Assembly: GCA_038254305.1 (NCBI GenBank) | Contig: JBBSGG010000005.1 | Coordinates: 13,044 to 77,043, forward strand | Source of the DNA: Pyrinomonadales bacterium | Lineage (GTDB): Bacteria; Acidobacteriota; Blastocatellia; Pyrinomonadales; Pyrinomonadaceae | DNA: 64,000 bases | Direction: 5' to 3' | Shown: piece after piece, positions 29,912 through 37,347 of the stretch | How positions within the stretch are numbered: the stretch's first letter is position 1 | How the letters are laid out: the number at the start of each line of letters is the position of its first letter | Translations under genes and position numbers: made by a program | The notes under the pieces: generated by a model | Database searches by the model: none | Told to the model about the DNA's origin: nothing | What the model saw: only the letters and a program-made list of their open reading frames with translations

Positions 29912-30601
29912 ATGAGAAAAACATTTCTATTAACCGTCGTTTTGCTGGCCGCTTTTGGGCTTTCGGGCTGCAGCTACAACGATCTCACGGCCAAGCAGCA
30001 GGGCGTTAAAGGCAAGTGGGCCAACGTCGAGAGCTCGCTGCAGCGACGGGCCGACCTGGTCCCGAATCTCGTGAAGGCCGCGCAGATGTCAGCCGTGCAG
30101 GAACAGGAAGTCTTCAACTCGATCGCTGAGGCGCGTTCGCGATTGCTGAACGCAACGGCCGCGGCTCCCGCAGGAGCTGACGGCGACAAGACTCCTGAAC
30201 AGAAGCAGGCAGTACTCGACGCGAACAATAGTTTTGGCGGAACGATCGGCCGCCTTTTGAGCCTTCAGGAAAATTATCCGACCCTCAAGTCCAGTGAGCT
30301 TTTCGCGAACGTGCAGACCGAGCTTGCGGGGACGGAAAACCGCATCAACGTGGCACGTACCGACTATAACAATGCGGTCACGGAATACAACACGACGCGC
30401 AATTCGTTTCCGGCTGTGCTGACGGCCGGCTTGCTCGGATTTAAGGAAGAGCCGTTTTTCCAGGCGGACCCGTCAGCGAGGACCGCTCCGGACCTTGGCG
30501 ATCCGAACTCGCTTCGCCGCAACACGAACGGAGCCGCACCGGCTGCCCCCGCGGCACCCGCGTCGAACTTCGCTCCGTCGAACGTCGCACCGGCGCGATA
30601 G
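29912..30601 (+). CDS. lemA: LemA family protein
   Basis: AAGGAG RBS, lipoprotein-like N-terminus (LSGCS), and the LemA core YNDL...KGKWANVESSLQRRADLVPNLV...YNNAVTEYNT. Confidence 0.85.
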   Translation: MRKTFLLTVVLLAAFGLSGCSYNDLTAKQQGVKGKWANVESSLQRRADLVPNLVKAAQMSAVQEQEVFNSIAEARSRLLNATAAAPAGADGDKTPEQKQAVLDANNSFGGTIGRLLSLQENYPTLKSSELFANVQTELAGTENRINVARTDYNNAVTEYNTTRNSFPAVLTAGLLGFKEEPFFQADPSARTAPDLGDPNSLRRNTNGAAPAAPAAPASNFAPSNVAPAR

Positions 30602-30631
30602 CGACGGTTTGCAAACGTCCGAAACGCGAAA

Positions 30632-30658
30632 AGGCGCCTGTCCATCAGGCGCCTTTTT
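30632..30658. terminator. Bidirectional intrinsic terminator (LemA on one side, microcompartment operon on the other)
   Basis: aggcgcctg-tccat-caggcgcct stem, flanked by an A-run upstream and T5 downstream. Confidence 0.85.
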
Positions 30659-30698
30659 AATTTGTATTTCCCTATCTCAAGCAACGTGCAGGTTTCAT

Positions 30699-31016
30699 TT
30701 AAAACCCGCGCGAGCTGCACATTGAGCAGTGATCACACGGCTTGCCGTTCGGCTCGAACGTGCAGGCCTTTTCTTTTTGAAAGCCCTCAAAGATCTCGTC
30801 GGCGATCGCTTCAGCAACGGAGAATTTATCCTGAGAAGGATGTTCCGGCTTTATCGTTGGAACCTGTATTTTGGTTTCCGCGATCGATCGTTCGATCCGC
30901 TCGAGGCGCGCGTTGAGTTCCGCGATGCTCGTTTCGAGCGAGTTCGGCGACGGCGACGCATCTCGAAGCAGGTTCGCGATCTTTTGAGCTATATCTTCGG
31001 GTGAGTACTGCGACAT
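30699..31016 (-). CDS. Hypothetical BMC-operon protein: N-terminal amphipathic helix, coiled coil, C-terminal Cys cluster
   Basis: The ATG at 31016 lies 1 nt after the stop of the upstream BMC-P gene. MSQYSPEDIAQKIANLLRD is followed by a Pro/Ser linker. C-terminus is C-x8-C-x2-C-x2-C (CTFEPNGKPCDHCSMC). Confidence 0.5.
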   Translation of the reverse strand: MSQYSPEDIAQKIANLLRDASPSPNSLETSIAELNARLERIERSIAETKIQVPTIKPEHPSQDKFSVAEAIADEIFEGFQKEKACTFEPNGKPCDHCSMCSSRGF

Positions 31017-31017
31017 C

Positions 31018-31299
31018 TTACTGTGCGGGAAGAAGATCGATGTAATCGACAACGCCGACGATCGCGGAATCGATGGCTGCGCCGGCTTTTCCAGTCGCCG
31101 CCGTTGATGCTGACCAGCCTTCCTGAGCGATCACGACGAGATCGCCTTCGCCCGCGCTGACCGAATCGAGAGCCAGACAGGTGTAATCCATGTCGTCGCC
31201 TTCAGGCGTTACCTGCCGGCAAAGCATGATGCGCGAGCCTTCGTAACGCTGATTCTTTTGCGTTGCGACGACATTTCCGATGACACGGGCAAGAAGCAT
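31018..31299 (-). CDS. BMC-P pentameric vertex protein (EutN/CcmL family), paralogue 3
   Basis: Trimmed to the ATG at 31299. MLLARVIGNVVATQK...AIVGVVDYIDL fits the EutN/CcmL fold. Confidence 0.85.
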   Translation of the reverse strand: MLLARVIGNVVATQKNQRYEGSRIMLCRQVTPEGDDMDYTCLALDSVSAGEGDLVVIAQEGWSASTAATGKAGAAIDSAIVGVVDYIDLLPAQ

Positions 31300-31330
31300 T
31301 GTCTTACGAACTTTGGGGCGTTGGACGTAT

Positions 31331-31612
31331 TCACCGTTCGCCGTTAAAAACGTGGCTGTCGGAATCGATGATCCCGACGATGGTGCAGTCGGTCGGCGTT
31401 TCATCACGTTTGAACGGAAACGACGCCTCCTTTCCGCGGCACCAGAAAACGAGTTCGCCCACTCCCGCTCCGACGGCGTCGAGCGCTATAGTCGGCTTCC
31501 CTTTCGGCTTAAGCTTGGCGTCAAGCGTCTGAACGAGTAGAAACGTTCTTCCCTCAAGAGCTTCGTTCTTGACCGAGGAAACTACCGTTCCGATGACGCG
31601 TGCGATCTGCAT
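31331..31612 (-). CDS. BMC-P pentameric vertex protein (EutN/CcmL family), paralogue 2
   Basis: Trimmed to the ATG at 31612. MQIARVIGTVVSSVKNEALEG...DAVGAGVGELV...TIVGIID. Confidence 0.85.
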   Translation of the reverse strand: MQIARVIGTVVSSVKNEALEGRTFLLVQTLDAKLKPKGKPTIALDAVGAGVGELVFWCRGKEASFPFKRDETPTDCTIVGIIDSDSHVFNGER

Positions 31613-31620
31613 TGTCGGAT

Positions 31621-31902
31621 CTATTTGGCTTCGTCCCGAACGAAATCGATCTCGTCGATGACGCCGATAATGGCGGCGTCGACTGGGCAATCCTTGTTTC
31701 CCTCGGCAAGCCGCGCGGACGAACCGCTGACGACGATGACCTTTTCGTGAAAACCGGCGCCGACCGTATCGACGGCCACGGTGTAGCCCGATTGATCGCT
31801 GCCGTCAAGATTGACGGGCTTAACGATCAAAAGTTTCTTGCCGTGCAGGCGTTCGTCTTTTTGAGTGGAAACGACGGTGCCGAGTATTCGTCCGATTATC
31901 AT
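31621..31902 (-). CDS. BMC-P pentameric vertex protein (EutN/CcmL family), paralogue 1
   Basis: MIIGRILGTVVSTQKDERLHGKKLLIV...DTVGAGFHEKVIV...AIIGVIDEID. Confidence 0.88.
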   Translation of the reverse strand: MIIGRILGTVVSTQKDERLHGKKLLIVKPVNLDGSDQSGYTVAVDTVGAGFHEKVIVVSGSSARLAEGNKDCPVDAAIIGVIDEIDFVRDEAK

Positions 31903-31982
31903 GGGTCAGTGATCGGTCGTCAGTGGTCAGTGGTCGGTAGTCAGAGATCAGCATTCAACTGTCCGCAGTCCACTGACAACTG

Positions 31983-32261
31983 TTATTTCATTACTATCGG
32001 CAATGCTTCGTCGACGCTGGCATGAGGACGCGGAATGACGTGTACGCTGACGAGTTCGCCGACACGGCGGGCTGCGGCGGCACCGGCATCGGTTGCGGCT
32101 TTGACGGCGGCAACGTCGCCACGGACGATCGCGGTCACAAAACCGGCGCCGATCTTTTCATAGCCAACAAGCTGCACGTTCGCGGCCTTGACCATTGCGT
32201 CGGCGGCCTCGATCATCGCGACCAGGCCCTTACATTCAACCATTCCTAATGCTTCCTGCAT
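31983..32261 (-). CDS. BMC-H hexameric shell protein (PduA/EutM/CcmK-like)
   Basis: [60 protein letters not shown] is near-canonical PduA-type sequence. Confidence 0.92.
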   Translation of the reverse strand: MQEALGMVECKGLVAMIEAADAMVKAANVQLVGYEKIGAGFVTAIVRGDVAAVKAATDAGAAAARRVGELVSVHVIPRPHASVDEALPIVMK

Positions 32262-32348
32262 TGTTTCGAATCACTCCTCGAGAGGTTATTAAAAGGTAGA
32301 CTATACAATGTCGCCACGTTTTTAGCGAACACGTGGCGGCCGAGCTTT

Positions 32349-33146
32349 CTAATTTCGAAGTGCGTCAGCTTTGACCAGCAGCTCGATCAATTCTTCGCGC
32401 GTGAGCGAGAGTTTGGTGCCGTTTGACGGCGGCATCGTCATCGCGGTCGAGCCACATTTTATGCCGTTGTCGTGCAGGTATCCGCAGGCCTGGCAACGCG
32501 CCGTTTCGGTGAGATAACCTGCCTTTTCGCGTATATTTATAAGCTTTTCGATGGCGTCCGCCGGCAAATCGGTCGCTCCGCCCAGTGCTTTTGCTAGTAT
32601 CGCGATCTTCGCCGTATGCTCAAGCGTCTCCAGTCGGTCAAACGCCTGCCAAAGGTCCTCGCCATAGGCGACAGCACCGTGATTCGCCATCAAAAGTGCG
32701 TTGTGATGCTTTATGAACGGACGCATCGCCTGAGTCAATTCATCGGTTGACGGTGTGCCGTAATCGGTCAGTGGAACGCAGCCGAGCGTCAGGATCACTT
32801 CGGACAGAATAGGTTTGTCGATCGCCAGGCCGGCGACCGCAAATGCCGTCCCGTGGGGCGGATGTGCGTGGCAAACGGCTTTGATGTCGGGCCGCTCCTT
32901 ATAGATCAGAAGGTGCATCGACAGCTCGGATGACGCCTTTTTGTCGGTCAGCGAATTCCCGTCCATGTCCGTAACGGCGAGCGAATCTTCGGTCATGCGG
33001 CCTTTGCAAGTCATGGTCGGCGTGGCCAAAATGCGGTCTTCGCCGATCCGAACGCTGACATTCCCATCGGACGAAACGACATAGCTGCGGTCGTAAAGCA
33101 AACGGCCTATTTCGCAGATCAGTTTACGGGCTTCGAGTTCGTTCAT
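32349..33146 (-). CDS. Class II aldolase (L-fuculose/rhamnulose-phosphate aldolase-like) with C-terminal encapsulation-peptide-like extension
   Basis: Trimmed to the ATG at 33146. Zn/catalytic residues are in conserved context: SSELSMHLLIY (Glu), CHAHPPHGTAF (His-x-His) and LMANHGAVAYG (His). An extra tail of about 55 aa ends in LSLTREELIELLVKADALRN. Confidence 0.85.
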   Translation of the reverse strand: MNELEARKLICEIGRLLYDRSYVVSSDGNVSVRIGEDRILATPTMTCKGRMTEDSLAVTDMDGNSLTDKKASSELSMHLLIYKERPDIKAVCHAHPPHGTAFAVAGLAIDKPILSEVILTLGCVPLTDYGTPSTDELTQAMRPFIKHHNALLMANHGAVAYGEDLWQAFDRLETLEHTAKIAILAKALGGATDLPADAIEKLINIREKAGYLTETARCQACGYLHDNGIKCGSTAMTMPPSNGTKLSLTREELIELLVKADALRN

Positions 33147-33154
33147 AAGAAAGA

Positions 33155-33198
33155 AACCACAGATTAACACATCATTGAATGTGCATTAACCTGTGGTT
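33155..33198 (-). promoter_or_regulatory. 44-nt imperfect palindrome/hairpin immediately upstream of the aldolase start
   Basis: aaccacag ... ctgtggtt outer arms with a partly complementary interior. On the minus strand it is followed by tttctttctt, then the ATG. It could be a terminator of the upstream gene, an attenuator or an operator. Confidence 0.45.
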
Positions 33199-33219
33199 CA
33201 TTCCAAAACCGACGATTTC

Positions 33220-33522
33220 TTACCTGATGCGTTCGAACCGCGATGCTCGCGGCGGAGGCGGCGGTGCGTCAGGAACTTCCGGAACATCAAATTCTCCGGC
33301 TTCGAGTTTGTGCATCTGCAGCTGGTGGCGCAGCATTTCGTTCTCGGTCCGAAGTTGATCGTTTTCCATCCGCATCTGCTGCATCTCAGCCCTGCGACCG
33401 TTACGATTTCGGCTCGGCAGCGACGGCAGCGAGAGAGAAACAAAGAAACTGGCGAGGAAAAGCCCGGCGGCAAATGTCACAAGAAAGGGGACAAAACGCT
33501 TGAGCAAACCGATGTACATCAT
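33220..33522 (-). CDS. Hypothetical membrane-anchored coiled-coil protein with Pro-rich tail
   Basis: N-terminal TM helix (FVPFLVTFAAGLFLASFFVSL), heptad-like EMQQMRMENDQLRTENEMLRHQLQM, and PPPPP near the C-terminus. Confidence 0.45.
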   Translation of the reverse strand: MMYIGLLKRFVPFLVTFAAGLFLASFFVSLSLPSLPSRNRNGRRAEMQQMRMENDQLRTENEMLRHQLQMHKLEAGEFDVPEVPDAPPPPPRASRFERIR

Positions 33523-33755
33523 AAAACTTACCTCTCGTATTACTCCACGATACTATTTACGCCCGTTCGGGCAATTTGGTTTCACGTCTCTCTTCAGATG
33601 TCAGAAAACAATCGCTCGACTGCAATTTAATATTAACGCTTTTGCGGCCTGACGAAAAGTCTTTTCGTGCAGACGGCCGATAATTCTTTGAATATCGCCG
33701 ATCTTTGCCTAAGACGAGCCAATCATTTACAATTCACGCTTTCAAGTGTGAAACA

Positions 33756-34364
33756 ATGATCGCATTTCTTTCCGGCAAGCTTTTAGAAAAAGACGCGAAT
33801 ACTGTGATAGTCGATGTCGCGGGCGTCGGATACGAGGTCACCATTCCGCTTTCGACGTTTTACGAACTTGGCGAAGTCGGCTCCGATGTGCGTCTGCGAA
33901 TATTTACGCACGTTCGCGAAGATGCGCTTCAGCTTTTTGGATTCAAAACCACACGCGAACGCGAACTCTATCTCAAGCTGATCTCAGTTCAGGGAATCGG
34001 CGCCAAATCGGGCATAACAATGCTTTCAGGCATGAGTGCCGAGGAGATCATCGCGGCGATCCGCACCGACAACCTTGCCCGGCTGACGTCGATTCCCGGC
34101 GTCGGGCGAAAGACCGCCGAACGGCTTGTGATCGAACTTCGCGACAAGGTCGGCCAGCTTTCTCAAAACGCCGCGGCGGCTTCGAAAGGTGAACAGCCGT
34201 CGACGGACGGCGCCGACGTGTTCGACGACGCGCTGTCGGCGCTGGTCAATCTCGGCTATCAGCGAAACGCGGCCGAAAAAGCCCTGCAGCTGGCTGCGAA
34301 AGACGGCGCGGACCAGACCGTGCAAAAACTTCTGCGTGCCGCGCTGCAAATTCTCGCTAAGTAA
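33756..34364 (+). CDS. ruvA: Holliday junction branch migration complex subunit RuvA
   Basis: Trimmed to the ATG at 33756 (MIAFLSGKL...VDVAGVGYEV). HhH motifs LISVQGIGAKSG and IPGVGRKTAERL. Confidence 0.9.
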   Translation: MIAFLSGKLLEKDANTVIVDVAGVGYEVTIPLSTFYELGEVGSDVRLRIFTHVREDALQLFGFKTTRERELYLKLISVQGIGAKSGITMLSGMSAEEIIAAIRTDNLARLTSIPGVGRKTAERLVIELRDKVGQLSQNAAAASKGEQPSTDGADVFDDALSALVNLGYQRNAAEKALQLAAKDGADQTVQKLLRAALQILAK

Positions 34365-34383
34365 ACGGACAAGCGAAACCGAC

Positions 34384-35148
34384 ATGCGTCGCATCATCGA
34401 ACAATTTCGGATCGATATAGCGACGCTCGACCGCCGTGCGATCTTCGCGTTTCTCTACGCCGGATTCGGGCTCGCGAGTATCTATTACCTTAAGAATCAG
34501 GCCGCGATCGCGGCCTACTTGCACGGGACGCGGTTCGAAGCATTCGGCGAATGGATCGCGATCGCGAATGACAACAATTTGCCCGCACTGAGCTGGTGGG
34601 TGTTGGTCGTAACGATATTTTATTTCGTGCTGCCGGCGGTCGCCATCAAATTTCTTTACCGCGAAGACCTTTCGGATTACGGCCTGCGGCTCGCGACCGA
34701 GCCGGGATTTTGGAAAGTGCTCGCGGTCTGCATTGCGGTGATGCTGCCGATCGTTATTCTGGTTTCGACGACTGCCGGGTTTTCCGCGAAATATCCGTTT
34801 TTCCAGATATACAATGGCGACGCGTACCTCGGTTCAAGGTTTCTACTCTGGGAGCTGATATATTTCTTTCAGTTTTTCGGACTCGAATTCTTCTTTCGAG
34901 GCTTTCTTTTGCACAGCCTGAAACCGTCACTCGGATTGTATTCGATCTTCGCGATGACGGTTCCCTATTGCATGATCCATTTTGGCAAACCGCCGGCCGA
35001 AACGCTTGCGGCGATCATCGCCGGTGTATTTCTCGGCTGGCTCAGTTACCGAAACGGAAGCATTCTGCTCGGCCTTATACTTCATTGCACGATCGCGTTC
35101 TCGATGGATATTTTGGCTTTGATGCACAAAGGGCTATTATTTAAATAA
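34384..35148 (+). CDS. CPBP family (CAAX/Abi) intramembrane glutamic endopeptidase
   Basis: Trimmed to the ATG at 34384. Multi-TM protein with an EFFFRGFLL motif (EExxxR type) and a later HxxxN/D-like region (HCTIAFSMD). Confidence 0.7.
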   Translation: MRRIIEQFRIDIATLDRRAIFAFLYAGFGLASIYYLKNQAAIAAYLHGTRFEAFGEWIAIANDNNLPALSWWVLVVTIFYFVLPAVAIKFLYREDLSDYGLRLATEPGFWKVLAVCIAVMLPIVILVSTTAGFSAKYPFFQIYNGDAYLGSRFLLWELIYFFQFFGLEFFFRGFLLHSLKPSLGLYSIFAMTVPYCMIHFGKPPAETLAAIIAGVFLGWLSYRNGSILLGLILHCTIAFSMDILALMHKGLLFK

Positions 35149-35176
35149 GTACGGCTGGCAATTCCTTACGGGTGAA

Positions 35177-36220
35177 ATGCAAAGTGAAGCTGCGATAAAT
35201 ATTAGGGACGAAGCACTTGCGAGCGACGAAAAACAGTTTGACGCGTCGCTGCGTCCTGCTCAGCTGAGCGAGTATATCGGCCAGAAAAAGGTCAAGGACA
35301 ACCTCCGCGTTTTTATGACGGCGGCTCTGAAACGTCGCGAGGCGCTCGACCATATTCTGCTTACCGGCCCGCCTGGTGTCGGCAAGACGACGCTGTCGAA
35401 TATAGTCGCGGCAGAAATGGGTTCGGCACTGAAATCGACGGCCGGGCCGATCATCGAGAAAGCAGGCGATCTCGCCGCGATTCTGACTAATCTCGAGGAA
35501 GGCGACGTATTATTCATAGACGAGATCCACCGTCTGAATCCGGCGATCGAAGAAATACTCTATCCCGCAATGGAGGATTATAATCTCGATATCATGATCG
35601 GTCAGGGCACGGCTGCACGATCGATCAAATTAGAGCTGCCAAAATTCACTCTTGTCGGTGCAACGACGCGTCCCGGAATGATCACGGCGCCGCTACGGGG
35701 GCGTTTTGGCATAATTTTTCATCTCGATTTCTACGGCATCGCCGAACTGCGGCAGATCGTTATGCGGTCTGCGGGAATTCTGGGCGTGTCGGTGGACGAT
35801 GCGGGATCGCTCGAGATCGCCCGCCGCTCCCGCGGAACGCCGCGTATCGCGAACCGACTCCTTCGCCGCGTGCGCGATTTTGCTGAGGTTGATCACGATG
35901 GCGAGGTGACGGAACAGATCGCAAATGAAGCTCTCGACCGAATGGATGTCGATACCTTCGGGCTCGACGAGCTTGATCGCAAGCTGCTGCTGACGATCAT
36001 CGAAAAATTCGACGGCGGGCCGGTCGGTCTGAGCACGCTTTGCGCGGCTCTTCAAGAAGAAAAAGATTCGCTCGAGGAGATAATCGAGCCTTATTTACTG
36101 CAGATCGGATTTTTGAACCGCACGCCGCGCGGCCGCATGGCGACGCGGCTTGCTTACGAGCATTTCGGGCTTAACACGCCGACGACCGCAGCCGATCCGC
36201 CGACGCTGTTCCCCGCATAG
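35177..36220 (+). CDS. ruvB: Holliday junction DNA helicase RuvB
   Basis: Walker [10 protein letters not shown], Walker [10 protein letters not shown], and sensor [16 protein letters not shown]. Confidence 0.95.
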   Translation: MQSEAAINIRDEALASDEKQFDASLRPAQLSEYIGQKKVKDNLRVFMTAALKRREALDHILLTGPPGVGKTTLSNIVAAEMGSALKSTAGPIIEKAGDLAAILTNLEEGDVLFIDEIHRLNPAIEEILYPAMEDYNLDIMIGQGTAARSIKLELPKFTLVGATTRPGMITAPLRGRFGIIFHLDFYGIAELRQIVMRSAGILGVSVDDAGSLEIARRSRGTPRIANRLLRRVRDFAEVDHDGEVTEQIANEALDRMDVDTFGLDELDRKLLLTIIEKFDGGPVGLSTLCAALQEEKDSLEEIIEPYLLQIGFLNRTPRGRMATRLAYEHFGLNTPTTAADPPTLFPA

Positions 36221-36242
36221 ATTCCCGCCCGTCGCGTCTTAA

Positions 36243-37292
36243 ATGAACGAAACTTCGATAAAAGTCACGGTCAGCAGAGGCTCGCACGTTGCGCCGGAGC
36301 CGGCGATCAGTATCGTGATCCCGAATTACAACACCGCAGCGTACATCGCCGAAACACTCGATTCGGTCTTCGCCCAGACGTTCACTAATTTCGAGGTTAT
36401 CGTTATTAACGATGCCTCGCCCGACACGGCGGATCTGCCCGGCGTGCTCGCGCCCTATCGCGACCGCATAGTGTTCATCGACAAGGATATAAACGAGGGA
36501 ACCTCCTCTACGCGCAACCGCGGCGCCGGATACGCACGGGCCGCTGTCATCAGCTTTTTAGACGCCGACGACATCTGGTTTCCGACCTATCTCGCAGAAC
36601 TCTACGATTTTCTTCAAGCCAATGCTTACGACATGGCTTACGCCGATGCCGAGACCTTTCTCACCGGTACGACCGAAAAATATCACGACCTACTGCACTG
36701 CAATCCCGAGCAGGGCGATGTGACGCGGCGAATGCTGATCGACGGCCGGTGCCACATCTTGCCGACGGGAACGCTGATCCGGAAAGCGGCGTTCGAAGAG
36801 ATCGGCGGTTTCGATCCAAGTGTTGCACGAACCGAGGATTTCGATCTTTGGATGCGGCTGCTGTTCGCCGAAAAGCGTGTCGGATATCTCCGCAAGATCC
36901 TTTTCAAATTTCGCCTAAGTCCCGGAAGTGGTTCGGGCGATTCGGTCGTTAGACTGCAGCGAAACGGAGACGTCTGGCGCGTCCTGCAGAAAAAGCTGCC
37001 TTTCACCACTGACGAAACTAAGGTTATCGCGAAACATATCGGCGAAGCTGATGCCGGTGTCGTCCGGGCAAAAGGCCGTGTTTATATCAACGAGCGAAAC
37101 TGGCCTGCGGCGCGCGCCGCTTTCAGCGATGCCATCAAACGTGCCGAAGAGTTACGTCTTCCGCTTTCGCATCGTCTGAAAATGAGAGCGATACTTTTGC
37201 TTTTGCACGTTTCGCCGCGGCTGGTTTGGCGAATGATGCGTCGCCTTCGCTCCGAAGAGCTCGAGTACATGCCGCTGAACAACACTGCGTAA
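36243..37292 (+). CDS. Family 2 glycosyltransferase
   Basis: ISIVIPNYNTAAYIAETLDSVFAQTFTNFEVIVINDASPD and the DADD motif. Confidence 0.8.
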   Translation: MNETSIKVTVSRGSHVAPEPAISIVIPNYNTAAYIAETLDSVFAQTFTNFEVIVINDASPDTADLPGVLAPYRDRIVFIDKDINEGTSSTRNRGAGYARAAVISFLDADDIWFPTYLAELYDFLQANAYDMAYADAETFLTGTTEKYHDLLHCNPEQGDVTRRMLIDGRCHILPTGTLIRKAAFEEIGGFDPSVARTEDFDLWMRLLFAEKRVGYLRKILFKFRLSPGSGSGDSVVRLQRNGDVWRVLQKKLPFTTDETKVIAKHIGEADAGVVRAKGRVYINERNWPAARAAFSDAIKRAEELRLPLSHRLKMRAILLLLHVSPRLVWRMMRRLRSEELEYMPLNNTA

Positions 37293-37295
37293 AAA

Positions 37296-37330
37296 AGAAG
37301 CCTCGCCGATGCCGGCAAGGCTTCTTTTCT
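37296..37330. terminator. Bidirectional intrinsic terminator between the GT2 gene and gyrA
   Basis: agaagcct...aggcttct stem with GC-rich interior pairing. A6 upstream and TTTTCT downstream. Confidence 0.7.
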
Positions 37331-37347
37331 ATTCACTGTAATTATCG

